Positions 1 through 12,185 of a stretch of DNA of 64,000 bases are shown here, piece by piece; positions within the stretch are counted from its first letter, which is position 1; the number at the start of each line of letters is the position of its first letter. Made by a program: the position numbers and the translations under genes. Source of the stretch: Octopus sinensis. Lineage: Eukaryota. The notes beneath the pieces are model-generated. The model saw nothing but the letters and a program-made list of their open reading frames with translations. It did not search any database and was not told the DNA's origin. The stretch covers positions 18,232 through 82,231 of the forward strand of contig NW_021833113.1 of assembly GCF_006345805.1 (NCBI RefSeq), given 5' to 3'.

Positions 1-207
1 GGGTCTGTTAAGCCAGAAGGCTGCACCAGGCCCAGTCTGATCTGGCAATGTTTCTACGGCTGGATGACCTTCCTAACGCCAACCACTCCATGAGTGTAGT
101 GGGTGCTTTTTACGTGCCACCGGCACAGGTGCCAGATGAGTCTGGCAAACGGCCACGAACGGATGGTGCTTTTTATATATAAATTCGAAATAACCTACCT
201 TTTTCTA

Positions 208-259
<52 letters not shown>

Positions 260-356
260 TATATTTTGTGAATTTGATTTAGTATTTCTAATTGAATTTT
301 TCCCTGTAAGTTTGGAATAATATTCCCTCATATTATTGTTATATATATATACATAC

Positions 357-427
<71 letters not shown>

Positions 428-650
428 CTCACACTCACACACACACATACATATGTATGTATTCAAAAATATAAGGAAAGGAACAAGTAAATCACAGACT
501 ACAATTGTTTCATAGCTAAAATAATGTTGGTTACAGAATTTGTAACATGCATGAAACTTGTTTAACAAATGCTGAGGTCCTAATACCTTTCAGTCTTTTA
601 TAGTGTAGCAGTGAGTTAAACAAATGATTTATCAAATTAGCAACACCACA

Positions 651-995
651 TATGAGTGGCTGTGTGGTAAGTAGCTTGCTAACCAACCACATGGTTCCGG
701 GTTCAGTCCCACTACGTGGCACCTTGGGCAAGTGTCTTCTACTATAGCCTCGGGCCGACCAATGCCTTGTGAGTGGATTTGGTAGACGGAAACTGAAAGA
801 AGCCCATCGTATATATGTATATAAATATATGCGTGTGTGTGTTTGTGCGTCTGTGTTTGTTCCCCTAGTGTTGCTTGACAACCGATGCTGGTGTGTTTAT
901 GTCCCCGTTACTTAGCGGTTCGGCAAAAGAGACCGATAGAATAAGTACTGGGCTTACAAAAGAATAAGTTCCAGGGTCGAGTTGCTCGATTAAAG
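651..995 (+). mobile_element. tRNA-derived SINE family A (representative; about 20 full or partial copies in the window)
   Basis: A-box-like tggctgtgtgg, B-box-like ggttcagtccc, AT/GT microsatellite linker, tail gcggtgctccagcatggccgcagtcaaatgactgaaacaagtaaaagag. Other copies near 8990-9395(-), 14075-14470(+), 14735-15133(-), 35075-35500(+), 35512-35912(+), 55770-56145(-), 62357-62695(-). Confidence 0.88.
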
Positions 996-1789
996 GCAGT
1001 GCTCCAGCATGGCCACAGTCAACTGACTGAAACAAGTAAAAGAGTAAAAAGAGTAAGATATATGTGTGTGTGTGTTTTGAAATAATTTACTAAAATATTT
1101 TGTTTGAATTGATATTTAAATTGTAATTTAAGATGGTCAATCTTTCAACTAATTATTTACCATTCTTCGAAGCCCCACTCATGTATATACCCATTTATAC
1201 ACACACTTATATATATGTATATATCATCAATGTCATCAACATATATGTATGTGTGTGTGTATGTATGTGTGTGTGTGTGTATAATCATCATCATTTAGTG
1301 TTCGTTGTCCATGCTGGCATGGGTTGGACAGTTTGACCAGGGCTGGCAAGGCTGGAAGGCTGCACCAGACCCCAGTCTGATATGGCATGGTTCCTATGGC
1401 TCGATTCCCTTCCCAATGCCAAACCCTCCAAGTGTGTAATGGGTCTCATTTGCATGACTCCTATATCTGCCATGACTGCGATTTTCCTCAGGGTCTCCTT
1501 CTCAAGCATGACATAAGGCCAAAGGTCACGGTCATTGCCACCGTGAGGCCCAACACTCAAAAGGAACTCAGCCACTTTGCCTCTGTGAAGCCTGACACTT
1601 GAAAGGTACTTTTGCGTGCCTGTTACGTGACCCCGGCATCAGCCATGACTACCGTTTCACTTGGCTTGACAGGTCTTCTCAATCGCATCCTCCTGCCAAT
1701 ACACACATATGTACGTATGTCCTCAGCTTAAACATGTTATCGTTATCACTGTTTAATGTGGAATTCTTTCTTTCTTTCTCAATTCTCAG

Positions 1790-1813
1790 AAACTTCAACA
1801 GGCAACGATTCAG
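1790..1813 (+). CDS. SLC38A9: SLC38A9 micro-exon (24 nt, phase 1-1), encodes (E)TSTGNDS of the lumenal loop
   Basis: Acceptor ttctcag|AA after a pyrimidine tract, donor CAG|gtaagt. Joins the next exon in frame to give ETSTGNDS-VLCP, matching the position of human NNSNPVICP. The upstream exon is outside the window, so the first residue is uncertain. Confidence 0.7.
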
Positions 1814-1921
1814 GTAAGTTCCATTGATATGATACATATATATTCAAAATGTGACCGCATAGGTATCGTTGGCGATTTTTTTCCCTCCGTCTTCCCTTTC
1901 TTGGATCTTTCCTTTTGATAT

Positions 1922-1956
1922 GTTTCTGACGAAGAGCTCCGCTCGAAACGTTAAAT
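1922..1956 (+). ncRNA. Minimal type I hammerhead ribozyme motif in a Penelope-like terminal repeat, SLC38A9 sense strand
   Basis: GTTT-CTGACGA-A-GAGC tcc GCTC-GAAA-CG-T-T-AAAT. Intact core with an extra A after A9, 4-bp helix II, palindromic ACGT helix III. Embedded in a pyrimidine-rich repeat of about 190 bp. Confidence 0.55.
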
Positions 1957-2159
1957 CCTCCTTCTTTCCTTCCTTCCAGAGCATCCAATAACACTATACT
2001 TGTTCCACGTCCTCGTGTTGTTGTGTTTTCTCTTTGTGTTTTCATGTTTGGATTAACTATATATATATATATATAATATATATATATATATACACACACA
2101 TACATACATACATATATATATATGATGGCTGTCCATTTGTGACCAAGGAAGACCATTGC

Positions 2160-2570
2160 TGACCTTCAGGAACAATGTATGCTCTACAACTAACTTATAT
2201 TTTGCATTTGCAGCTCCATTGGTGGCTAATGAGCCCTGCTCTTGACAAGCATACACAACTGCAAACATTGCAGACCAAGCTTTCCCCATTCACTACACCA
2301 GCCGTGTGCTTTCAAGCTGCATGCTTAAGTTCTTCATGCTGAATACGTGCACTCTCAAGGGTGCAATTTAGATAAAATTTCCTCTGTATTAACATCCTAG
2401 GTTTCTTAGCATCTTGCCCCTTTAACTGGTAATTAACATCAAGATTTAAAGTCTCCCTTTACCCAAACCATTTTTTATGGACAGTTACTCTATATCCAAT
2501 TGGCTACTCCTAATGTCTTCTATCCTAGCCATGATCTGTCAACTGACTCTTGCCCTTCATTCAGAACAGA
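2160..2570 (-). mobile_element. Decayed RTE-like LINE 3' end
   Basis: Minus strand reads LVCNVCSCVCLSRAGLISHQWSC, a terminal zinc-finger-like motif of RTE ORFs, preceded by stop-interrupted sequence. Confidence 0.5.
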
Positions 2571-2997
2571 CACATTCTTCTAGTCTTAGATTTAGTAGTT
2601 GATAAAGAGATAAATGAATTAGAAATGAACCACAATCCTTTACAAGCTTTGACCGCAATGAGCTCCGTGCGATTCTTGGAAGTGTAGTCTATGACCCCAC
2701 TATGCTCCATACAATTCTTAGAAGTTGTAGTTTATTCTTAGCCACAATAATGACAACATGAATCTCTTCCATCTTCTTGCTCTGTTGAAGTATTTTAGAA
2801 AAATTATATTAATGTGTCCAACTGGTTAAATTTCCATTAATTTATTTGTACAGCTGAAGATAGCATTGTATTTAAATTGATGAAATGGTTGCATTGTTCA
2901 ATTAAATGGAGCCACTTGAAACAGTCGTACTGCATCACTACATGATATCCTGTTGCTTCAACTTAAGTACCTAATTCAACTTAATTCTCAATTATTT

Positions 2998-3058
<61 letters not shown>

Positions 3059-3103
3059 CAAATTAAAGTTGTAAGTTGTAAGATACCGCACGAGTGGAAA
3101 TGT

Positions 3104-3236
3104 ATATGAAAGACAGTTTGAAAATGCAATTTTGAAGATGTTTAGTCACTTTGACCGGTTTCATTTTTCTAAAAGAGTGAAACTGGTCAAGTGAATAAAC
3201 GTCTTCAAAATTGCATTTTCAAACCATCTTTCATAT
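3104..3236. repeat. 133-bp hairpin/palindrome
   Basis: atatgaaaga..gtttgaaaatgcaattttgaagatgttt / aaacgtcttcaaaattgcattttcaaac..tctttcatat. Confidence 0.85.
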
Positions 3237-3502
3237 ATATATATGTGTGGTAAGTAGCTTGCTAACCAACCACATGGTTCCGGGTTCAGTCCCACTGCGT
3301 GGCATCTTGGGCAAGTGTCTTCTGCTATAGCCCCGGGCCGACTAATGCCTTGTGAGTGAATTTGGTAGACGGAAACTGAAAGAAGCGGTCCTTTGTTTTC
3401 TTCTTTCTTATTTGTGTCTCTCCTTACTAACCATCAGCCATTCCGAAATATAACAATATCTGTTTCAACACGCGACTTCACATAAAAAATCTTGCACAAC
3501 AA

Positions 3503-3538
<36 letters not shown>

Positions 3539-3579
3539 CACACACACAACACACATATTCAACACTATAACACTCCCTC

Positions 3580-3657
<78 letters not shown>

Positions 3658-3705
3658 ACACACATATTCTACACTATAACAGATATACATTTTTCTGTTG
3701 CTTAG

Positions 3706-3927
3706 TCCTCTGCCCCACCAGCGACAACACCAACACCAGCAACATCACCGACCAGCTGTCCGTCAACTTCGAAAGTCTATATACACTCGCTAACCCAGAC
3801 ATCAATGTCAGACTCTACAACAAAGTATGGGACCTCACCTCAACGGTTCCGGTCTTCTTGCTTCTTCTTCTCTTTCCTCTGCTCAACTTCAAGTCGCCGA
3901 CCTTCTTTACCAAATTCAATTCCTTAG
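3706..3927 (+). CDS. SLC38A9: SLC38A9 exon (222 nt): LCPTSDNT...WDLTSTVPVFLLLLLFPLLNFKSPTFFTKFNSL
   Basis: ttag|TC acceptor, TTAG|gtaggt donor. PLLNFKSPTFFTKFNSLG closely matches human SLC38A9 PLLNFKSPSFFSKFNILG. Confidence 0.93.
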   Translation, partial: SSAPPATTPTPATSPTSCPSTSKVYIHSLTQTSMSDSTTKYGTSPQRFRSSCFFFSFLCSTSSRRPSLPNSIP

Positions 3928-5572
3928 GTAGGTACACGATTTTCATGTAATGTGATTCATCTCATCTCTTTGATTATTAACCTCATAAATTTAACACTGC
4001 TCTGACTACTATGAAGATGGCCACGGGTGTGACCGAGTGTTGAGCTGATCTTTTAGTTTGACATAAAACCAATGACCCAAGCTGCTTATAATATATCAGC
4101 AACAGCTACTGGACTGTAAACAGCCCAATATTAAATGCTCCAGCATGGCCACAGTCAAATGACTGAAACAAGTAAAAGAGTAAAGAGTATATATATATAT
4201 ATATATATGAATATATATATATGAAAAAACAAGTCAAAATAGAAAATGCTAAAATAAATTTATAAAGAACATTTCAGTACCAGTTTCGGTCATTTTGAGA
4301 CCTTTTCAACTGTAACGATTAAATAATTAAATTTAGAAAAATTAGAAGAAAAGTTTTTTCAAAGGAATATTTGTATAGTGTTCGGTTGGTGCCTTTCTCT
4401 GTCTCCCTTGTTTGCACTTGTGTGTTCGAGGTCGTATATATATATATACCATCATCTTTATTGCCGTTTAAAGTCTAATCTCCATGCTGGCATAGCTTGC
4501 ATGGCCAGGTTGGATCCAGTGAACTACAAGACTGTATTATGTTTCGTATGTTCCATGTCAGCTTTAGCATCGTTTCTACAGCTGGATAACCTTCCTAGCA
4601 GCGACCACTTTACAGAATGTACTGGGTGCTTTTTTCATGGCACCAGCATCAGTGGGGTCACCTTGTAATTTTCAAGAAAAGACAAAGCCCCCTCAAGTGG
4701 TAAGAGGAATTGTATTGATGGAACCTGCTTTTTACCATTTATATGGAGTGGAGTGAAAAACATTGGAAGCGGCCAGGATAATGCATGAAAAACTCGAGAG
4801 GGATTTAAAGAAGAATGTTGTGATTGGAAAAGTGAATTACAATGACCTTTTTCGTGTGCACAGTTTGTGACAGACCATGCCTTTCTTTTGCTGGGCTCAA
4901 ATCTCATTTGCGAACCCATGGAAAACAAACTATTCTGCCTATATATCTGTGCACACTTTCCATTTGGTAGACGGATTTGGTAGACAGAAACTGAAAGAAG
5001 CCTGTCGTATATATATGTATATATATATATGTGTGTGTATGTGTTTGTCTCCCTGGTGTGTTTACGTCCCCGTCACTTAGCGGTTCGGCAAAAGAGACCG
5101 ATAGAATAAGTACTGGGCTTACAAAGAATAAGTCCCGGGTTCAATTTGCTCGACTAAAAGGTGGTGCTCCAGCATGGCCGCAGTCAATAATATGTCGTAT
5201 ATATGGGTGTATATATGTCATAAGGTCTGCAAATCTAACGGAGGGGGCCTTAAAAGACATTTTAAGATCCACAAAGATCAGAACTTCACTGCAGCTCTTG
5301 GTGGTCCAAAATGGTTATATGATCTACGTGGGTGTCTTTCCAATACATTGTCTGGTTTAAAAAGCCACATCAGATGCCATGATGGAACTAAGGTATAAGT
5401 ACAAGAGGTGGTCAAACTCTGCACAAGAAGCAGACAACTGCCATACATACATGCATCATCATCATCATCATCGTTTAGCGTCGGCTTTCCATGCTAGCAT
5501 GGGTTGGACGGTTCAACTGGGGTCTGTGAAGCCACGGACGGATGGTGCTTTTTACGTGCCACAGGCGAGGCT

Positions 5573-6045
5573 GGCAACGGACACGAACGGATGGTGCTAC
5601 GTGCCACCAGCACGGGGGCCAGGCCAGGCTGGCAACGGCCACGGACGGATGGTGCTACGTGCCACCAGCATGGGGGCCAGGCCAGGCTGGCAACGGCCAC
5701 GGACGGATGGTGCTACGTGCCACCAGCACGGGGGCCAGGCCAGGCTGGCAACGGCCACGGACGGATGGTGCTACGTGCCACTAGCATGGGGGCCAGGCCA
5801 GGCTGGCAACGGCCACGGACGGATGGTGCTACGTGCCACCAGCACGGGGGCCAGGCCAGGCTGGCAACGGCCACGGACGGATGGTGCTACGTGCCACCAG
5901 CACGGGGGCCAGGCCAGGCTGGCAACGGCCACGGACGGATGGTGCTACGTGCCACCAGCACGGGGGCCAGGCAAGGCTGGCAATGGCCACGAATGGATGG
6001 TGCTACGTGCCACCCGCACAGGTGCCAGATGGAGCTGGCAGACGG
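5573..6045 (-). repeat. 58-bp GC-rich minisatellite (about 8 units) inside a family C element
   Basis: ggcaacggccacggacggatggtgctacgtgccaccagcacgggggccaggccaggct repeats at 5573, 5631, 5689 and onward. Explains ORFs 5379-6119 and 5504-6106. Confidence 0.9.
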
Positions 6046-6137
6046 CCAGACGGATGGTGCTTTTTACGTGCAAATATATATATGTGTGCGTGTGTTTCTT
6101 TCTTGAATGTATATTTTAATGCTATAATTTGTTGCAG

Positions 6138-6242
6138 CTACCATCTCTGTGACATACTTAATGATATTCACAGTGGTGAAGGCCACCAAGTGGGGTGTCA
6201 ATATTGAATTTAAGGACAAATTTTCTGAACATTACTCACCAA
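6138..6242 (+). CDS. SLC38A9: SLC38A9 exon (105 nt): TISVTYLMIFTVVKATKWGVNIEFKDKFSEHYSP
   Basis: ttgcag|CT acceptor, CCAA|gtaagt donor, phase 1-1. Aligns to human [24 protein letters not shown]. Confidence 0.9.
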
Positions 6243-6713
6243 GTAAGTTACCTTCTCTTTTTCTTTCTCATCCCCCCCCCCTTCAGCCTCGTTTACAATA
6301 TATATTTTCTCTCCTTCTCTCATCATCATCATTTAACATGTGCTCTCCATCTTGGACAGTTTGCCTGGAGCTGATTAGTTGGAGAGCTGCACCATATTCC
6401 AGCTGACTTGGCACGGTTTCTGCAGCCAAATGACCTTCCTAATGCTGACCACTCCAGGAATATAATGAGTGCTTTTATGTGCCACCAGCATGGGTGCCAT
6501 TATATAATAAAAATAATAATAATAATAATAAACATTGTGTACAGTGCTCAGGTGCACTACAACTCATCTAAAGTGTATGTATAATCAGGTGTAGTTTCGG
6601 CGGATTTCGGAAAGCATGAGGGCCTTAAAGGATGCAGTGTCATGGCAGTCAACAACTGACGCAGGCAGTTTATTCCATGCTTCAGCAACTCTGAGCGTGA
6701 AAAAAATATATAC

Positions 6714-6759
<46 letters not shown>

Positions 6760-6766
<7 letters not shown>

Positions 6767-7340
6767 AATAATTGTGTACAGTGCTCAGGTGCACTACAAC
6801 TCATCTAAAGTGTATATATAATCAGGTGTAGTTTCGGCGGATTTCGGAAAGCATGAGGGCCTTAAAGGATGCAGTGTCATGGCAGTCAACAACTGACGCA
6901 GGCAGTTTATTCCATGCTTCAGCAACTCTGAGCGTGAAAAAATGTTTCCGAAAGTCATGGAAGGAGCTGTGTTGTTTTCTGACTTTGTAGGCATGTCCAC
7001 GTGTGTTAGACACATGGAGATCAAAAAGGTGTTCAGTGTTGTTGTTGTTGGTGAGGTGGTTGATAACTTTGTGGGTGTTTACCAAGTCCGTCGCCAGACG
7101 CCGGAGCTTCAGTGAATCCATGCCCAGGGAAACAAGGCGCTCAGAATATGGTAGGTGTCTGATGGAGGGTATGCGTTTGGTTGCACGTCTCTGGACAGAT
7201 TCCAGGAGGTCAATGTTCTGTGCAAGATAGGGGTTCCAAACTGATGATGCGAATTCCAAGTGTGGTCGTACCATAGCTGTATACAGTTTTAAATAGATGA
7301 TACTGTAACTTTCGGATATTAGAATGTTGAATTATTTATT
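6760..7340 (-). mobile_element. 5'-truncated CR1-clade LINE (RT C-terminus plus 3' UTR and (ATT)n tail); 3' end duplicated at about 6500-6710
   Basis: ORF 6822-7274 has VRPHLEFASSVWNPY, LESVQRRATK, SLKLRR, TRGH and FFTLRVAEAWNKLP, typical of CR1 ORF2 ends. Confidence 0.88.
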
Positions 7341-7497
7341 CATTTTACAAACGAGATCATCAATAGCATACATATATACCTTATAATTCAATACATATAA
7401 GAGAAGAATACAAATTATAAAAATCATAATATAAATTATTGAAACCATTAAAATCACTTGTGTCTACTAAACTCTGTCTGTGTGTTGCTTTCTCTAG

Positions 7498-7604
7498 ATA
7501 TCTCCTCAAACCTTGCGGCCCTCACGGGTATTGCAGCTCTCGCATATTTCATTCACAACTGTGTCCTCTCCATCTTGAGATCTCACAAGAAACCAGAAAA
7601 TGGG
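7498..7604 (+). CDS. SLC38A9: SLC38A9 exon (107 nt): ISSNLAALTGIAALAYFIHNCVLSILRSHKKPENG
   Basis: tctctag|AT acceptor, GGG|gttagt donor. LAYFIHNC matches human LAFFIHNC and KKPEN matches KKQEN. Confidence 0.93.
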
Positions 7605-8719
7605 GTTAGTATACCTTTTATTATCATTATTATTATCATTTTTAAGAGGCAAGCTGGCAGAAGCGTTAGCATACTAGATGAAATGCTTAGTGGTATTTTG
7701 CCCGTCGCTACGTTCTGAGTTCAAATTCTGCTGGGGTTGACTTTGTTTTTCATGTTTTCAGGATCGATAAATTAAGTACCAGTGATACACTGGGGTTGAT
7801 GTATTTGGTTAGTCTCTTCCCTGGATTATCATTATTATTATTATTAAGATGGCAAGCTGGCAGAATCGTTAGCACACCAGGTGAAATGCTTATTAACGTT
7901 TTGTCCATCTTTACATTCTGAGTTCAAAATCCACCAAAGTCAACTTTGCCTTTCATCCTTTTAGGGTTGATAAATTAAGTACCAGTGAAACACTGGGGTC
8001 AATGTAATCGACTAGTCCCCTCCCTGCAAATTTCAGGCCTTGTACCTTCAGTAAAAATGATTATTATCATTATTATTAGACAATATGGAGGAGTGGCTGT
8101 GTGGTAAGTAGCTTGCTAATCAACCACATGGTTCCGGGTTCAGTCCCACTGCGTGGCATCTTGGGCAAGTGTCTTCTGCTATCGCCCCGGGCCGACCAAA
8201 GCCTTGTGAGTGGATTTGGTAGATGGAAACTGAAAGAAGCCTGTCGTATATATGTATCAGGCTCCAGTCTGATCTGGCAGTGTTTCTACAGCTGGATGCC
8301 CTTCCTAACACTAACCACTGAGTGTAGTGGGTGCTTTTTACGTGCCAGGAGCTGGGGCTGGGAGCAGTCACAATCGGTTGGTGCCTTTTATGTGCCACCA
8401 GCACCTGTGTTGAAAAAAGGGGAATAACCTTGAAACCCTGGTCCACAGATATTGCTCTGTGCTGGGAATGCTGGACTCCCCTGTTCGAAAATAGAAGGAC
8501 CCATATAGTGGATCATATAACCAGCTGGAGACAATGTTTTCTGGGGCTAAACAAAAGGTAGCATCCATTCCAACCAGGACTTCCCATATTATTTTGGTAG
8601 GTAATCTTTACTTTATTGTTACTGTATGTCCCTCGTTGAGAGATTTGGGAACAATAATGTTTCAAATGATCATCAGACACACCTGTATATCTGTATGTAT
8701 ATTTATCTCTCCGCTACAG

Positions 8720-8824
8720 GTACGAGATCTCACCATCGCATTCTTCCTCGTCTGTTTCACGTACATCTTTATCGGAGTTGGACTCTACATTTCATTTCCA
8801 CTTCAAAAATCCTGCATCCAAGAT
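8720..8824 (+). CDS. SLC38A9: SLC38A9 exon (105 nt): VRDLTIAFFLVCFTYIFIGVGLYISFPLQKSCIQD
   Basis: ctacag|GTA acceptor, GAT|gtaagt donor, phase 0-0. Aligns to human [27 protein letters not shown]...CIEQ. Confidence 0.93.
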
Positions 8825-9560
8825 GTAAGTACACACTTTCACTCACACTCCGAGTTGTCTATTGTTCTAATAACGTCCCATGAAGTTGTGGAAGATTTTG
8901 GGATTCTGCTGCAGAAGGAGGTGTTGGTACTCGAATTCAAGGAATTTGGCCCTTTTGTTGACTTGGTCATCTTTTTCTTTTCACTTTACTCTTCTACTTG
9001 TTTCAGTCATTTGACTGCGGCCATGCTGGAGCACCGCCTTTAATCGAGCAACTCGACCCCAGGACTTATTCTTTTGTAAGCCCAGTACTTATTCTATCGG
9101 TCTCTTTTGCTGAACCGCTAAGTAACGGGGACATAAACACACCAGCATCGATTGTCAAGCTATGCTAAGGGGACAAACACAGACACAAACATATACACAC
9201 GCATACACACACACATATATATATATATATATACATATAATATACGACGGGCTTCTTTCAGTTTCCATCTACCAAATCCACTCACAAGGCTTTGGTCGGC
9301 CTGGGGCTATAGCAGAACACACTTGCCCAAGATGCCACGCAGTGGGACTGAACCCGGAACCATGTGGTTGGTAAGCAAACTACTTACCACACAGCCAATG
9401 AAAACTTATAAGTGATCACTGTGTAACGACTAAAGTAATTAGTCTAATATTGGAGGTTATAAGTCCTCAACAGAAAAGCAGTGGGGTTTTCTGTAAAACA
9501 AGAAATATATATAGGCATGGCTGTGTGGTTACATGAAAAATGGACGTCTCATATCTGAGA

Positions 9561-9980
9561 CTAGCAGCATAGCCCGGCGTTGCCTGGGTATGTAAGAGCC
9601 CCTAGTAGGCAATGACTAATCCCAATCTAGTCCTTTCCCTCTAGGGAACGAATGTCTTCTCTTCACTCTTCACTCGAATACTTCTGTGTATACGATGTTC
9701 CTAGCTGTCTCTTTGGGCGATAAAAAGGTCGAGTTGTGTCCCCTAGACTGAAAATGTGTTGCATATAAAAAGCTTAGATTCTCGACCCCCATGTCAAATT
9801 TATCGATTTTTTTAAGAACTGGGGGAACTTTTCAAAATTTTCGCTGCATTAGTTTTGAATTATGACATTGGGCTATGTGTGTGTCAAGTTTCATCAGAAT
9901 CGGTTGAAAGCCGTGGTCAGGGTGAGGGTACAACCTGACAGACACACAGACAGACAAACTGCCGTTTATATATAGAGAGA
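9561..9980 (-). mobile_element. Non-autonomous Helitron
   Basis: On -: A|TC start (9981/9980), subterminal hairpin CCCAGGCAACGCCGGG, CTAG|T end (9564-9560). Related copies at 18768 onward and 60041-60421. Confidence 0.8.
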
Positions 9981-11389
9981 TGCAAGATGAAGATGAAGAT
10001 GAAAAGTGGATGATAGGTGTATATGCTGTTCTTCTGGAGTTTTTGCTCTTTTGTCTACAGAAAATCTGTAAAATACAACGAATGGCTTACTGTGGGTTGG
10101 AATACATCTCAATCATTTTGAAACTGGAGACGAATTTGCTATTTAAACGCATCGCTGATCAGCAGTGTCTGCCTGTGTTCTGTTTATAGTGAGCTGCTGA
10201 ATAGCGCAACCAGTTACTAAATATCATCATCATCATCGTTTAACATCCATCTTCCATACACGTATGAGTAGGTTTTAAATGAGCATCACTGTCATACAAG
10301 CAGTGTTGTCCCTTGCACAGAAAACCATGTCTGGTCATAGGGAGAGTGGGAAATATTTGAGGCTTGGTGACAGGAAAGGCATTTGACCATAATGAAAAGA
10401 TCCAGAAGGATGAAAAGAGAAACTGGCCTTGGCAGGATTTGAACTCAGAAACACTGCAACCAGGCATTGGACAATGAGAGGAACATCATAAGAGGGACCT
10501 GTCCTTCGTGTCAGTCCATCATAATGTCTGCCCTTCCGGTCTCTGTGACTGAAGAGAAGATAACCGCTCTGAAATGCAAGCATCCCACAGGTGGCGCTGT
10601 CGGTTGTTTCAGTGTCTTTACACCTTTCTGTCTAGAGCAGTGCTTTTCAAACTTTTTGCTGGAGCGGAACCCCAAGGAAACATTCCACTGGCTCGAGGAA
10701 CCGGTGAGGTAGAAAAACTACCCAAGGCTACTGTGTCAGTTTTGGTAGGGATTTTAGGGTTAGGATGCCCTTCATAACACTAACCACTCTGCAGAGTGGG
10801 CTCAGTGCTTTTTATGTGGCACTAAGCACAGGTGAGGTTAGTTTTGGCATGGTTTTTACAGCTGGATGCCCTTCCAGATGCCAACCACTTTACAGTGTGG
10901 ACTGGATGCTTTTTAAGTGGCACCTGCACTGACAGGGTCACCAAGTAACTTGCAAGACAAGGAATTATGAGAGGGGCAGGGGGCATTTGAGGAGGGGATC
11001 TTGTGTCAGAGGATGAAAGGTTAGAGTGTGACAGAGAGACAGAAGCAGGAGTCTTTCCACAACAGAGGTGGGCATTAGAGGAGGAGGTGATCCAGTATCA
11101 GATGACGAAAGGGTTAGAGTGTGACAGAGAGACAGAAGCAGGAGTCTTTCCACAACAGAGGTGGGCATTAGAGGAGGAGGTGATCCAGTATCAAACGGTG
11201 AAAGGTTAGAATAGAGAAATGTCTTACTATAGAAGAGGTATATGGTTACCCAGTGAGAGAGAGAGAGAGAGGAATATCAAGAATTCATACATCCCAATCT
11301 AGTTAGGTAGCATCAAGGCTGATTCAAGATATATTTACTCCCATTTTTCTACAGCAAGAATTCTTAATGATCGGTGACACATAAGAAAA

Positions 11390-12185
11390 CACCATCCGAG
11401 CATGGCCGTTCGCCAGCCTCATCTGGCACCTGTGTCGGTGGCACATAAAAAACACCATCCAATCGTGGCCGTCTGCCAGCCACATCTGGCACCTGTGTCG
11501 GTGGCACATAAAAACACCATCCGAGCGTGGCCGTCTGCCAGCCTCATCTGGCACCTGTGTCGGTGGCACATAAAAAACACCATCCGATCGTGGCCGTTCG
11601 CCAGCCTCATCTGGCACCTGTGTCGGTGGCACATAAAAACACCATCCGATCGTGGCCGTCTGCCAGCCTCATCTGGCACCTGTGTCGGTGGCACATAAAA
11701 ACACCATCCGAGCGTGGACGTCTGCCAGCCTCGTCTGGCACCTGTGTCGGTGGCACATAAAAAACACCATCCAATCGTGGCCGTTCGCCAGCCTCATCTG
11801 GCACTTGTGTCGGTGGCACATAAAAAACACCATCCGATCGTGGCCATCTGCCAGCCTCATCTGGCACCTGTGTCGGTGGCACATAAAAACACCATCCGAG
11901 CGTGGCCGTCTGCCAGCCTCGTCTGGCACCTGTGTTGGTGGCACATAAAAAACACCATCCGATCGTGGCCGTTTGCCAGACTCGTCTGGCACCTGTGTCG
12001 GTGGCACATAAAATCACCCACTACACTCTCGGAGTGGTTGGCGTTAGGAAGGGCATCCAGCTGTAGAAACACTGCCAGATCTGACTGGCCTGGTGCAGCC
12101 TTCGGGCTCCCCAGACCCCAGTTGAACCGTCCAACCCATGCTAGCATGGAAAGCGGACGTTAAACGATGATGATGATGATGATGA
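11390..12185 (+). mobile_element. SINE/RTE-tail element family C with an internal 62-63-bp minisatellite (about 10 units), ending in (GAT)n
   Basis: Tail gcgttaggaagggcatccagctgtag...ccaacccatgctagcatggaaagcggacgttaaacgatgatgatg preceded by tandem units containing gtg(c/t)cggtggcac(a/g)taaaaa(g/a)cacc. Further copies at 5465-6070(-), 12352-12730(-), 29010-29390(-), 42085-42425(+), 55125-55700(-), 57970-58320(+). Possibly Ceph-SINE-like, not verified. Confidence 0.75.

Noticed and set aside
4275-4312. Hammerhead-shaped motif on - (CAG-TTGAAAA-GGTC...GACC-GAAAC-TGGT-A-CTG)
   Set aside because: Helices close but two invariant core positions (C3 and G8) are mutated; treated as a dead copy. The copy at about 26345-26382 is similarly degenerate.
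5200-5290. C2H2 zinc-finger-like peptide CHKVCKSNGGGLKRHFKIH
   Set aside because: Isolated, with no linker or neighbouring fingers, in an SLC38A9 intron; better explained as the terminal zinc finger of a decayed LINE, as at about 2200.
5379-6207. 200-246-aa GC-rich ORFs (also at 11324-12163 and 55230-55666)
   Set aside because: They are translations of the 58-63-bp family C minisatellites, with the peptide repeating in rotation across frames.
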